Virus record (IMG/VR): IMGVR_UViG_3300020576_004755
Location: 96,001-160,000 of that record
Origin: a virus
Lineage: Duplodnaviria; Caudoviricetes
DNA: 64,000 bases
Direction: 5' to 3' (one strand)
The position numbers and the translations under genes are program-made. The notes beneath the pieces were generated by a model, which saw only the letters and a list, made by a program, of their open reading frames with translations, was not told where the DNA came from and did not search any database. Below are positions 19,414 to 28,544 of the stretch, in pieces. The stretch's first letter is position 1. Each line of letters starts with the position of its first letter.

Positions 19414-19737
19414 TCAATCCATCTTCCATATAGGCATTTGTTTGTCCTTATTCTTTTTCTCAGGATGGACTTGATTCCAAATCGAATTGATAAAACCAAC
19501 CTCTTTCCAGAAGACACTGGCAAGACTTGGATTTCTAATCATGTTATTGTACGTAAAGGTTTCACACTTGGAGAGAAGAGTTTTCCCTGTCAAATCCTTG
19601 TGTGTTGAATACAGAAGAACACGAATGTAGTATTTCGTGTATTCCCAAACGCTGCCATGATAGAAATCTCCGTTGCTAACGCGGAGCATCTTCAATTCCT
19701 TGGTGTATTTTACGTTTAGACTCTGGCGAATGGTCAT
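19414..19737 (-). CDS. MTIR-tag family orphan
   Basis: starts MTIRQSL. Confidence 0.7.
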   Translation of the reverse strand: MTIRQSLNVKYTKELKMLRVSNGDFYHGSVWEYTKYYIRVLLYSTHKDLTGKTLLSKCETFTYNNMIRNPSLASVFWKEVGFINSIWNQVHPEKKNKDKQMPIWKMD

Positions 19738-19742
19738 TATGA

Positions 19743-20045
19743 TTACTTGCCCAACAAGTCCGTGTACTCATCCCATACACAATTAGGAATTCGATCTATT
19801 GTAGCCAGATGACTAGAATCGGTAGAATGGATCAATTTACGGACGTCGTAAAGGACCAGTATTTCTTTTCCGTTGTCATCGGCGTCAGGTACATACCTGT
19901 GAAGGGTTGGATGTGCAGGCATCACTGTCTTCATTCGTGTTCGAAGATAGAAAATGTAAGTCTTGCGCTTCTTTTTGTAGAATGATTCATAAGTTGGGTC
20001 ATCCAACTGAAACAGGCTGTTCTTTGTATTTGTTCGAATCGCCAT
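19743..20045 (-). CDS. MTIR-tag family orphan
   Basis: internal ATG gives MAIRTNT. Confidence 0.65.
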   Translation of the reverse strand: MAIRTNTKNSLFQLDDPTYESFYKKKRKTYIFYLRTRMKTVMPAHPTLHRYVPDADDNGKEILVLYDVRKLIHSTDSSHLATIDRIPNCVWDEYTDLLGK

Positions 20046-20056
20046 CGACAGAAATC

Positions 20057-20323
20057 TCAACTCTGGATATAAAAGTTTTGAAGAGTTGCCATCAACTTGT
20101 CAAGTTCGCCTCTGGTTGAAGCAATACGCTTTTCTGATGACAACATGCCAATGACAACCTGATAAAATCCTTCATCATTATCTTCTTCAAAAAACGAAGT
20201 GACAAGATGAACAGAACCTACGTTGCCAGCAAAAACTGCTGGATCCAATCCATCTTGTACGTACGCATGAGTAAGCGTATTTGTCAAATTTGGATTTAAG
20301 GCATACTTTGCGCGGAGTGACAT
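20057..20323 (-). CDS. MTIR-tag family orphan (variant)
   Basis: starts MSLRAKY. Confidence 0.6.
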   Translation of the reverse strand: MSLRAKYALNPNLTNTLTHAYVQDGLDPAVFAGNVGSVHLVTSFFEEDNDEGFYQVVIGMLSSEKRIASTRGELDKLMATLQNFYIQS

Positions 20324-20331
20324 TTGTGTCC

Positions 20332-20829
20332 TTACTTCGAATAGCCAACTGCCTTCATGTTCTCAAGCGTATTCTTGAGGAAAATGAATGCCTTGTTGTA
20401 CTTCTGCATACGAACGAAATCCTTGTCTCGCAGTCCCTTGAGACGAGTGATATCGGAATTGTCTCGCAAGTCTTCCATCTTAACGCGAATGGCATCGGTG
20501 TTCGAAGAGATTCGACGAATGTAAATCTCGTAATCCTCATCCTTATCGTGAGTCATCAGAGCAAGAGCATCTGTGACACGCTTAGAGAATCCGTTCTCAC
20601 GAAGCTTCTCAATGGTCCAAGCACCTCCAGAATCCTCTACAACGTCGTGCATGATAGCAATCTGCATTAGTTCTTCATCGGTCGTACGAAGGCGCTGCAT
20701 GACTCGCATAGGGTGAAGGATATAAGCATTGCCACCTTGATCCTTCTGTGTCTCGTGGACAACGGAAGCAATCGCGATGGCAGTACCGAGGAGATTGGAA
20801 GTGTTGTTTGTGTTGATATTTGTGGTCAT
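20332..20829 (-). CDS. HD-domain hydrolase, RelA/SpoT-hydrolase (small alarmone hydrolase/Mesh1)-like
   Basis: H..Q.D.GG.AYI.HP..V, IMHDVVED, VKMEDLRDN. Confidence 0.85.
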   Translation of the reverse strand: MTTNINTNNTSNLLGTAIAIASVVHETQKDQGGNAYILHPMRVMQRLRTTDEELMQIAIMHDVVEDSGGAWTIEKLRENGFSKRVTDALALMTHDKDEDYEIYIRRISSNTDAIRVKMEDLRDNSDITRLKGLRDKDFVRMQKYNKAFIFLKNTLENMKAVGYSK

Positions 20830-20835
20830 GGTTCA

Positions 20836-20865
20836 AAGATACCAAACAATATCCAAAATGTAAAG
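20836..20865 (-). promoter_or_regulatory. early-type promoter (leaderless)
   Basis: TTTACA-N17-(TGg)TATCTT, 6 nt before ATG 20829. Confidence 0.65.
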
Positions 20866-20869
20866 TGGT

Positions 20870-21208
20870 TTACTGATTATTGTGCTGTACTACAGTAAGC
20901 CTGTAATATCTAGGCATAAACAGCCAAGCGTTCAAGTCATTGTTTTGGGTGCAACGATTGACGTTGTTGATCTTAACAATTGTTCCATTATGCTCGGTAC
21001 ACCACGCTGCTTGAATAGCGCGGTTGGCTTCATTCACATCAAGCCTTTCGGACTGCAACTGATTGTAGTAATCTCGTTGAGCACTCAATGTAAAAGTTGC
21101 AACTGAACCTGCAACGTTGAAGAAAAGGCTAATGAGCAACATTATCATTATTGACAATGGAAGCAATGATTCGTCTTGTGTCTTTTGCTGTGTCATCATA
21201 ATATTCAT
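20870..21208 (-). CDS. membrane protein
   Basis: N-terminal hydrophobic helix. Confidence 0.6.
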   Translation of the reverse strand: MNIMMTQQKTQDESLLPLSIMIMLLISLFFNVAGSVATFTLSAQRDYYNQLQSERLDVNEANRAIQAAWCTEHNGTIVKINNVNRCTQNNDLNAWLFMPRYYRLTVVQHNNQ

Positions 21209-21209
21209 T

Positions 21210-21689
21210 CTATCGTTTGATTTTGGAAATGTAAACCGTAGGGTCCATTAAGAGATTTGGCATTGGCTCTCCAATATTCCAAATAACGGTTTGTTCTGGA
21301 ATATCCGAATAAAGCTCCAAGTGCAGCATGGTCGTTGGATTCTTCCCTTTGTCTTTCTTCAAGACTTCGGCAATAGTACCAATGCAGTCATTAACAGAAA
21401 CCTTTGTGCCAATTGCAATGTCCGTGTCAATCTCGCCATAAACAAAGACAAGCTTGTTACTATTGCTGCTTTGTACCCAAACCGCTTGTGTGTCCTTCCA
21501 CCACGGAGTCGGAGGATTGCTCTTTGTTCCCGTGAACCATTCAACGTTGACAACCACCCCATCTTCAATCGGATACACTTTCGTACCATAAGGAAGGTAG
21601 ATATCAATGCCCGTATGAATATCATGCTTTCGTACAGCACCAAACCTTGCATGGCTTGGAATATTATCGTTCGATTGCTTGGAGTTCAT
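21210..21689 (-). CDS. M23 family metallopeptidase (peptidoglycan hydrolase-like)
   Basis: HTGID...G.VV...MLHLE. Confidence 0.8.
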   Translation of the reverse strand: MNSKQSNDNIPSHARFGAVRKHDIHTGIDIYLPYGTKVYPIEDGVVVNVEWFTGTKSNPPTPWWKDTQAVWVQSSNSNKLVFVYGEIDTDIAIGTKVSVNDCIGTIAEVLKKDKGKNPTTMLHLELYSDIPEQTVIWNIGEPMPNLLMDPTVYISKIKR

Positions 21690-22581
21690 TGATTGTCTCG
21701 GTTACAAAATCCATATCCACAGCAAGGCGCTTAAACCAGTTAAGAAAATAGGTTTCAAGCTCGTTGGACCTTGGATGCGTCCCCTTGTGTGCCTTAACAA
21801 AATCCTTATAGTTTTGAATCTTGTCGGCAACCAGCATTTGATTGACTTCGGGAATCGGAGACAGTGCCACGCTTGAGAATAGGTTCTCTTCGGTTACATC
21901 TTGGCGAAACGAGAGATAGGCATTTGCAATGTTTCGGTACTCCATCGCAAGCATAATGACCCTCTTGTTGTCAATCTGATCAACATACTTCATGCCATAC
22001 GTTGCAAGGTCCGAGTCTCCCTGAAAGATTGGATGAAGCATGTAAGCAGAAACGGTGTCACCGTCTGTTACCTTAAGCTTGTTGTGAAGAATATAGATTC
22101 CCTCATCAACGTGATTCATGTAAGGGATCTTAGAACGCTCTGCAATCCTAGAGCCATACACTTCCGAAATGATGTTGTAATGCTTCTCTGTGCTCTTGTT
22201 TGCAAGAGGATACGCACGGACAAAGCTGTATCGGTTCTTGGTGAACGTCCGCTCAAGATTGCAGTCAACGATTGTGACAAACGGAGTCTTGTTGGAGTTG
22301 TGCTTCAATCCATACATGTTTGAAACACGCTCAAACATTCCCTTGCCACGAGCACTCTCGTAGATATAGAGAGAAATGAAAAGGTCAAAGTAGTTTGGAT
22401 TGGACTTCTGTGCCTTACGGAAGTAAGTCTTTGCAGCGACAGGCTTTCCATCTACGACGACTTCAATGCACTCACGACACCAAATATACCCATCTGTCAA
22501 AATCTGCCTTGCACGATCCTGATAGTATGTTGTGACGTCTTGAAGATTATTTGCGTTCTTGTTGAGGCGAATGTAAGTCAT
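21664..22581 (-). CDS. hypothetical protein with HD-like C-terminal domain
   Basis: PYMNHVDEG, AYMLHP, MLVADKIQN; possible GNAT-like ARGKG in the N-terminal half. Confidence 0.6.
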   Translation of the reverse strand: MTYIRLNKNANNLQDVTTYYQDRARQILTDGYIWCRECIEVVVDGKPVAAKTYFRKAQKSNPNYFDLFISLYIYESARGKGMFERVSNMYGLKHNSNKTPFVTIVDCNLERTFTKNRYSFVRAYPLANKSTEKHYNIISEVYGSRIAERSKIPYMNHVDEGIYILHNKLKVTDGDTVSAYMLHPIFQGDSDLATYGMKYVDQIDNKRVIMLAMEYRNIANAYLSFRQDVTEENLFSSVALSPIPEVNQMLVADKIQNYKDFVKAHKGTHPRSNELETYFLNWFKRLAVDMDFVTETINELQAIER

Positions 22582-22594
22582 CTTGTTGCTTCTC

Positions 22595-23827
22595 TCAATG
22601 TCCACTGTGGGCATGAAGAACATTCATCTGTCCCGCATGATTCACTTCGATATCCCAAAGTGCGTTCGTGTTGAATCGATTGAAATCCGTACCAGTCTGC
22701 GGATTGTACTCCCAATGCGGCTTCTCGTCATCATTGAGATCCGTGAAGGTCACACTGTAATGACGCTCAATCTCAAGAGACTGTGGACCAATCTCATTTC
22801 GCTGTGCCACAAGATCCTGCGGATCACGAAGATTGTGGTCATTGAAACCGTGAAGCTCGGAAGTAGCAATCACCGTCCACTGATAGTAATCGTACGAACA
22901 CCACTGTTCCATCGTAGGACACTGTTCATAGCAAGTGTCATACTCAGTCCGCGAGCAAGAATCACACTCGGTATGCGACTGCGGAGTGCAAGTCTCAGAA
23001 CACTCGGAAAATCCATTTCCGCTGCTATGGCAAGACTCATGGCAGGATTCACCATCGCTCACGCTATGACAGTTGCACTCGTACGAGACACTGTGAGGAT
23101 TGCAGTTATACGGATTGCAATCGTGAGTGCCATGCTGGCGAGTCTCGCAAACATCGTTGAAATGCGAAGCAGGCTCATCATCCTGCCAACCCGTGTCATG
23201 GTGCGTGGAACGCTGCGAAAGGTTCGCACGATGGCTCCAGTACGTGTTCGTAACCGTAACCAGCTTGGAATGATACGAGAAAAGCCAGAAGAGAAGGAAG
23301 ACCAGAAGACCAAGACCAGCGACTACGGCACCAATCTTTGCGTAAAGAAGCTTCTCTTCATCGCTGAAAAAAGAATTGAGCTTATTGTTGCTGTTGTCAT
23401 CGGTAGAAGGAAGCCAACCAGTAGGCTCAATGACGCGAGCAGGAGCACTATTCTTTGGGGCAATAGCAGGACGAAGAATACGGTTCCAGTCATGCTGGAC
23501 CGGAGGATCGGCAAGAGTCTCCTGCTGCTTTTCTTTTGCAGCTTCAAGCGTCTTGGGACCACCGCAAACCGAACACTCACCATAAAGGTTACGAACATCG
23601 TTCTTGCAGAACTCGCAAGACCAATTCGAACCAGCCTTTGCAAGCTTCAAAAGCTCGGGATCCGTAACCGGAGCAGACGTAAGATTCTTTGAAGTGTCGT
23701 ACTCCTCACGCTTCTCTTTGTAAGATCCGCACTTCTTACACTTCATATCGCGACCACGATTCACTTCCTTGCAGGAATCGCAAGTCCAAGTATTCTCAAC
23801 GGTCCAACGACGCTTAACGTAGCTCAT
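22595..23827 (-). CDS. membrane protein with two RanBP2-like zinc fingers and a Cys-rich outer domain
   Basis: WTCDSCKEVN..CKKCG, WSCEFC..CSVCG, TM helix, >10 Cys in C-terminal region. Confidence 0.75.
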   Translation of the reverse strand: MSYVKRRWTVENTWTCDSCKEVNRGRDMKCKKCGSYKEKREEYDTSKNLTSAPVTDPELLKLAKAGSNWSCEFCKNDVRNLYGECSVCGGPKTLEAAKEKQQETLADPPVQHDWNRILRPAIAPKNSAPARVIEPTGWLPSTDDNSNNKLNSFFSDEEKLLYAKIGAVVAGLGLLVFLLFWLFSYHSKLVTVTNTYWSHRANLSQRSTHHDTGWQDDEPASHFNDVCETRQHGTHDCNPYNCNPHSVSYECNCHSVSDGESCHESCHSSGNGFSECSETCTPQSHTECDSCSRTEYDTCYEQCPTMEQWCSYDYYQWTVIATSELHGFNDHNLRDPQDLVAQRNEIGPQSLEIERHYSVTFTDLNDDEKPHWEYNPQTGTDFNRFNTNALWDIEVNHAGQMNVLHAHSGH

Positions 23828-24114
23828 GCGTGCTCCAAGTCTTTGTTTTTCTTGTTTTCGGTCCAGTTTTTCTTTTGTTCGATCGAATCTTTAATCAAGA
23901 GCTTTGCAGCTTCCTTAATCGAAGTGCAAACAACAACCCGATCCCACGAAATCGCTGTCAGCTTAACGCTCGCATTGTCATGATCAAGAGTTGCAACAAT
24001 TCGACCGTCAAAAGAGGAATACACTCGCTCAGAAACATTATCATTCACCATAGACGCAAAGGTCATTTGACCTTCAAGCTTTTCTATGGTCTTCTTGTTT
24101 ACAAGAGTGTTCAT
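23824..24114 (-). CDS. hypothetical early protein
   Basis: ATG 7 nt after the promoter -10. Confidence 0.65.
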   Translation of the reverse strand: MNTLVNKKTIEKLEGQMTFASMVNDNVSERVYSSFDGRIVATLDHDNASVKLTAISWDRVVVCTSIKEAAKLLIKDSIEQKKNWTENKKNKDLEHA

Positions 24115-24121
24115 ATGATCC

Positions 24122-24150
24122 ATTATAGCAAAAATATCCAAAATGTAAAC
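24122..24150 (-). promoter_or_regulatory. T4-early-like promoter (leaderless)
   Basis: GTTTACA-N16-(TGc)TATAAT. Confidence 0.85.
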
Positions 24151-24201
24151 TAACATTTGGATATTGTTTTTATGCTTGTTTTGCAGTCTATCGGTCAATC
24201 A

Positions 24202-24470
24202 TCAACGAATAGGCAGAACTACAGCAGTACCAGTCTCGGTGTCAAACTCAAGGGTGCAGCATTCGCCATATTGAACCCACTTCTTCAAAGCAGACTCAAC
24301 CTCTTGATACTCTTCATCAACCAATTGCTTGAATTCTTTCTTCGCAGACTTATCTTCAAAAGAACGTGATACAAATCCTCATGTCCATTCTCGCGGAGCT
24401 TCGCAACGGCATGATCCTTTATCGACTCGTAAAAGCCATCGGGATCCTTAATTGAAATTGTGATCTTCAT
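24202..24470 (-). pseudogene. frameshifted hypothetical gene (MKITISIKDPDG...KWVQYGECCTLEFDTETGT)
   Basis: 269-nt span; adding one T in the T-run at 24358-24361 joins two frames into an 89-aa ORF. Confidence 0.65.
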
Positions 24471-24491
24471 TTTCCTTTTCTCTCTTTTTGA

Positions 24492-24695
24492 TCAACGACG
24501 ACCAAAGTTATTTGCGCGAAGAAATATTGGAGTATCCTTGCTTACGCATCGGAAGACGCCAGCATCATCCTGAATCAAAACGCCATTCGGACAATCTGGT
24601 CGATTCACATACTGATATCCATTGAATGCCCAGGCACCTACAATTACTAGGAGGACAAAAACAAAAAATGCTTGAAAACTTCTATCGCTATGCAT
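24492..24695 (-). CDS. small membrane protein
   Basis: TM helix then C-x11-C. Confidence 0.55.
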   Translation of the reverse strand: MHSDRSFQAFFVFVLLVIVGAWAFNGYQYVNRPDCPNGVLIQDDAGVFRCVSKDTPIFLRANNFGRR

Positions 24696-24732
24696 ATTGA
24701 ATATTTCCTTTATATCTTTCTTTTTCTTGTTT

Positions 24733-25101
24733 TCAGCCCCAAGCGAAGCACTCGCCGTATTCCTGGCAGTATGCGAGGATGGCATCGAGACGGAAAAGGA
24801 AGCTAAGAGCCTGGTCGTCCTTCGGATCCAAGGTCGAAACGTTGGTTAGCTTGAGGATATTGCGACGAAGCTCGGCAATAAGATCCGGCGAAATCTTGCC
24901 AGTCGGCGCGGGATCGATGCCGATCAGGTTGAGAAGGTGGGATGCCGTGCTATTGCTCACACAAAGCTCCGGGGCATCGCAAATGCTAACCCATCCATCA
25001 CCCTTGCAGAAATAGCAATCGCTATCCGGGGTACACGTACACTGACGCTCCGAATAGGTGGGAGTGTGATTCGCGGAGGTGGAGTAGAAGGTCGTCGTCA
25101 T
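24733..25101 (-). CDS. hypothetical early protein with Cys cluster
   Basis: ATG 7 nt after the promoter -10; CxC..CxxCxG. Confidence 0.65.
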   Translation of the reverse strand: MTTTFYSTSANHTPTYSERQCTCTPDSDCYFCKGDGWVSICDAPELCVSNSTASHLLNLIGIDPAPTGKISPDLIAELRRNILKLTNVSTLDPKDDQALSFLFRLDAILAYCQEYGECFAWG

Positions 25102-25108
25102 AACATCT

Positions 25109-25137
25109 ATTATAGCAAAAATTTCCATAATGTAAAC
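25109..25137 (-). promoter_or_regulatory. T4-early-like promoter (leaderless)
   Basis: GTTTACA-N16-(TGc)TATAAT. Confidence 0.85.
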
Positions 25138-25172
25138 CAACATTATGGAAAAATTATTTTCTGCCTATATTT

Positions 25173-25508
25173 CTAGAGGATTTCTTCGATTCGCTTCATT
25201 GAGCCTGGATGATAGTCATGCTTTTGAGCAAACCAACCTTCTCGTCCTGCACCTTCATCAATAAGGATTTCAAAACAATCCGTATGCAAATAAACCGAAA
25301 TGGTTCGCTTATATGGTTGAGGTACGCTCTTAACGTAATAGGTTCCGTAATGCTTAAAACCACCAACATCAACAAGCTTGGTATGCATTTCTTTTACAAA
25401 AGCTTCTTTTTCTTCTTTTGTCATGGGAAGAAACGTACGTTTCGATGGCTTAGGTTTCATGTTACTGTGAGTCTCCATCGTCATTGCCACCATCATTTGC
25501 TGATGCAA
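25173..25508 (-). CDS. hypothetical protein
   Basis: ORF; start uncertain. Confidence 0.55.
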   Translation of the reverse strand: MHQQMMVAMTMETHSNMKPKPSKRTFLPMTKEEKEAFVKEMHTKLVDVGGFKHYGTYYVKSVPQPYKRTISVYLHTDCFEILIDEGAGREGWFAQKHDYHPGSMKRIEEIL

Positions 25509-25574
25509 TCATTAGCACAAAGATAATTCCCGAAAGGAATCCGCAAAGATAAGGAATCATGATTTTCTCTCTTT

Positions 25575-25874
25575 TCAATCCTCTGTTGACATTGGAGTTG
25601 TTGAGCACTCAACAACAAGCTCGAAATTTCCCTTTAACAAGAACTCTGCAAAATTTTCAAATGCCAGATCGCGGTTCTTAAATCGACATTCACACAAGGA
25701 ATGACGCCGACCACCCTCTACAGAATAGATTGAGTAGTACGTATGGGTTGTAATGTCATTTACTTCAACATTGCCTTGAAGCTTCTGTGGAAGCCGAAGC
25801 TGTGGAGTGTGAAAGTCAACCTCAAGATTTCGAGGTGCCTTGCGCATGTAGTTTGATGATCGAATGGTTGTCAT
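25575..25874 (-). CDS. MTIR-tag family orphan (variant)
   Basis: starts MTTIRSSNY. Confidence 0.6.
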   Translation of the reverse strand: MTTIRSSNYMRKAPRNLEVDFHTPQLRLPQKLQGNVEVNDITTHTYYSIYSVEGGRRHSLCECRFKNRDLAFENFAEFLLKGNFELVVECSTTPMSTED

Positions 25875-25886
25875 GGTAATAACTCT

Positions 25887-25916
25887 ATTCTAGTCGTTCG
25901 ACTCTGTTATGTAAAC
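25887..25916 (-). promoter_or_regulatory. early-type promoter
   Basis: GTTTACA-N17-TAGAAT. Confidence 0.65.
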
Positions 25917-25920
25917 AGAC

Positions 25921-26424
25921 TTATGCATTTTCCAAAATGGCTGTCTCTGCTGCCGCTGGATTCTTTGGTTCGACCTTACCTTCCCCATCGCAATCGGGGC
26001 AAGCGGTAGGTTCATAAAGAACGTTCATCGGATATTGAACTTCGACCTTGATATGACCAGATCCAGAACATCGATCGCAAAGTCGCATAGGACGCTTGCT
26101 ATGCAATGCTTCTGCTTGAAAAAAGCTCCTTGCACGTCGTTCAGCCTCGCGACGCTCGACTTCATTTGAGTAAATACGGTAAAGCTTATAGCTAAAATCG
26201 CCGCCAACAGATTTGCCGTCCTTGTCAAACCAGTCTTTTTGTGCCAGCGGAGAGTAACTGTAATACTGCTCAAGTGTATCGAAGTCTTCGTTCAAAACAT
26301 TCATTCTGACAACTGCGTTATCCCAAGATGATCGACGTCCTTTGATTAGCAGATCATCCGAAGAGAAGAACGTGAACTTCGGATAGATTCCAAAGAACTT
26401 TTTGATATGTCTAAATGGGCTCAT
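25921..26424 (-). CDS. hypothetical protein with DnaJ-type zinc finger
   Basis: CDRCSGSG...CPDCDGEG. Confidence 0.7.
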   Translation of the reverse strand: MSPFRHIKKFFGIYPKFTFFSSDDLLIKGRRSSWDNAVVRMNVLNEDFDTLEQYYSYSPLAQKDWFDKDGKSVGGDFSYKLYRIYSNEVERREAERRARSFFQAEALHSKRPMRLCDRCSGSGHIKVEVQYPMNVLYEPTACPDCDGEGKVEPKNPAAAETAILENA

Positions 26425-26445
26425 GGCTATTTCTTCTTTTTCTTC

Positions 26446-26826
26446 TCATCCCAAAGCGGCTGGAAAGTAGCCGTACCAGTCAAGCAGATAGTGAATAACG
26501 TATGCATTCACCCAAACTACAAAACAAAGAAGAAATGGATAGACAGATTGAGCGAGCTCGGAACCAACAAAAGGATACTTTTCATCAAGATATTCCTTTC
26601 CAAGTTCGATCGAATAGACCTTGCTAATGCCATCATAGTTCATTCCGAATCGGGATCCGACGATGGTAACGGCAAAAGCAATGCCAACAAGGATCTCGCG
26701 TGAGGGGAGTGCCCAAGGCAAATGGTAAAGATGCCAAACATCATTCAGTACATAGACACCGAAAATGACTGTCAGCGGATATAGGATAAAAATCTTGAAA
26801 ATGGTCCATAGAATGTTGTTGAGCAT
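26446..26826 (-). CDS. multi-pass membrane protein
   Basis: three hydrophobic segments. Confidence 0.65.
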   Translation of the reverse strand: MLNNILWTIFKIFILYPLTVIFGVYVLNDVWHLYHLPWALPSREILVGIAFAVTIVGSRFGMNYDGISKVYSIELGKEYLDEKYPFVGSELAQSVYPFLLCFVVWVNAYVIHYLLDWYGYFPAALG

Positions 26827-26856
26827 TTTTTCTGTTTCTTCTTTCTTTTCTGTTTT

Positions 26857-27054
26857 TTAGATATGAAATACGTGAGTCTTCAAACAAGTCTTGTTGTCAT
26901 TGAAAACAGACTTGTCAAACATTGCGAACGTTACAACTCGGCGACCAGAATCAAGCCTGAAATAGCAATGAACCAAACGACCGCGATACTTGGCTTGCCA
27001 AATAACGTAGTCGCTAGGACCAACTAAGGTTGAAACTGCCTTGAAGCGATTCAT
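26857..27054 (-). CDS. hypothetical protein
   Basis: ORF in operon. Confidence 0.5.
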   Translation of the reverse strand: MNRFKAVSTLVGPSDYVIWQAKYRGRLVHCYFRLDSGRRVVTFAMFDKSVFNDNKTCLKTHVFHI

Positions 27055-27064
27055 TGATATGAAC

Positions 27065-27223
27065 TTACCAGTTTGAATGGTTGAAAAAATAGATAGCTGC
27101 TTGACCAGCCGGTATCAAGCAAATGGCAGCCGTTGCCGGATCGTGCCAATAGAAATATCGAAAGATAGCTGCAACAGTCCACAAAACAGAAGTTACAGCC
27201 AAAATCGTTCGGTAATTACGCAT
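27065..27223 (-). CDS. small membrane protein
   Basis: two hydrophobic segments; overlaps upstream gene end. Confidence 0.5.
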   Translation of the reverse strand: MRNYRTILAVTSVLWTVAAIFRYFYWHDPATAAICLIPAGQAAIYFFNHSNW

Positions 27224-27497
27224 TGGCTTCGACTCCGTTGAAAAGATGCCAGGCAAGCTCATCGAGAGTCCAACCATGCGAAGCGGCAATGATTCGATTC
27301 TGCCGATCATTCTTGATCAGAACTCCACCAACTCCCGTGCCCACAAGGGCATCCACAACGTCATTGGCATCGGACTGATATCCGTGATATGCCACGTTGA
27401 CTGCCGCACAATCGGCAAGCTGTGCAGTCTCATACTGCTCACACGCATCGCGATTGAAAGCGTTTACGAACGGGAGCTTGCTCTTGAAGATAGACAT
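27216..27497 (-). CDS. hypothetical protein
   Basis: ORF after promoter. Confidence 0.6.
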   Translation of the reverse strand: MSIFKSKLPFVNAFNRDACEQYETAQLADCAAVNVAYHGYQSDANDVVDALVGTGVGGVLIKNDRQNRIIAASHGWTLDELAWHLFNGVEANA

Positions 27498-27536
27498 TGG
27501 TCTTGGCTCTCTCTCTTGTTTTCCGAGTCTTTATAT

Positions 27537-27566
27537 ACTCTAACAGAAAAGGAGGATAGAGTAAAC
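27537..27566 (-). promoter_or_regulatory. early-type promoter
   Basis: GTTTACt-N17-(TGt)TAGAGT. Confidence 0.55.
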
Positions 27567-27583
27567 CACAATATCCAAAAAAG

Positions 27584-27856
27584 TTATTCCCCTGTTTTAT
27601 CGGGGAATAACTCGTTTGAAATCTCTGTTAGCATTTCTGCGTAGTGAAGCAGGAGCTTTCGAAGGAAGAATGCGAAGAGCATGACAACGGAAGTCATTGC
27701 AATGCCGGACAAGATTAGAGAGTGTGTCTTTAGAAGCGCAAACTCCATCGTAAGCTCACCAAGGAAGATCAATAAGAAAAACATTGATCCCATGATCAAC
27801 AGATTGAAGAGAATCACCGGAATTGCGATGACAAGATAGAGGATGGTCTTAAGCAT
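27584..27856 (-). CDS. membrane protein
   Basis: two long hydrophobic helices. Confidence 0.6.
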   Translation of the reverse strand: MLKTILYLVIAIPVILFNLLIMGSMFFLLIFLGELTMEFALLKTHSLILSGIAMTSVVMLFAFFLRKLLLHYAEMLTEISNELFPDKTGE

Positions 27857-28082
27857 TGTTTCCGCTCTCCCCAATCAGAAGATCCTTCTCAAGAATCTCT
27901 GCTGCTCTGTATGCAAAGTAAACAATCTCTGCACCAAAGTCCTCGACAAGAATCTTGTCGCCAAGAACGTCCTTAATGGAATTGCCCCAACGAATACGAT
28001 GCCTGCAAACATCGATGCAGTTCTCGATCTTCGGGTTAGTCTCGTTGTGATTGATAAGGGGAAACATTGTCTCTGAACTCAA
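27849..28082 (-). CDS. hypothetical protein
   Basis: ORF in operon. Confidence 0.55.
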   Translation of the reverse strand: MSSETMFPLINHNETNPKIENCIDVCRHRIRWGNSIKDVLGDKILVEDFGAEIVYFAYRAAEILEKDLLIGESGNNA

Positions 28083-28091
28083 ATGAAAAAG

Positions 28092-28250
28092 TTATGGTGC
28101 GCCAAATACTAGCAAGTATAGATAGACGACACCAATGAAAAGGAAAAAGGTTGCGACGCTTGCAAGGAACTCAAGAACCTCAGTCTTGCGATCTCCCTTG
28201 TAACTTCGAAGCTCTGGCATCTTGTTGGTTTTCTTGCTGTTTTTGGTCAT
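28092..28250 (-). CDS. small membrane protein (52 aa)
   Basis: MTKNSKK...C-terminal TM; below ORF cutoff; tiles with neighbours. Confidence 0.5.
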   Translation of the reverse strand: MTKNSKKTNKMPELRSYKGDRKTEVLEFLASVATFFLFIGVVYLYLLVFGAP

Positions 28251-28252
28251 TT

Positions 28253-28411
28253 TTACGACTGCTGCCTTACGCGAAGCTCGCCACCAACAAGCCAGGGATG
28301 ACCCTCGATTGGACGCTTCTTGAAGAAGACAAGAGGATCCTTTTCATCTTGCTGTTTCATCAAACGAATTTGATTCTCTGCCCAAATATAGTCGGGATGC
28401 CTATCGCTCAT
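28253..28411 (-). CDS. small hypothetical protein (52 aa)
   Basis: MSDRHPDYIW...; tiles with neighbours. Confidence 0.5.
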   Translation of the reverse strand: MSDRHPDYIWAENQIRLMKQQDEKDPLVFFKKRPIEGHPWLVGGELRVRQQS

Positions 28412-28415
28412 AAAG

Positions 28416-28544
28416 TCAACCTACCATTACGAAATTGTGGATCTTATCACCAAGCTCATCAAACCCGAGGAACCAACAGATTCCTGCAATGGGATGACAC
28501 ACAAGGTTATGAAAGAGAAGTTGGAAGCTACGTCTATTAATCAT
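28416..28544 (-). CDS. small hypothetical protein (42 aa, HNLVCHP motif)
   Basis: ATGA overlap with upstream stop. Confidence 0.5.
   Translation of the reverse strand: MINRRSFQLLFHNLVCHPIAGICWFLGFDELGDKIHNFVMVG

Noticed and set aside
22583-23692. 369-aa plus-strand ORF
   Set aside because: Antisense shadow of the zinc-finger membrane gene, which has clear motifs and fits the operon direction.
28151-28540. 129-aa plus-strand ORF
   Set aside because: The region is tiled by three small minus-strand ORFs that match the operon direction.
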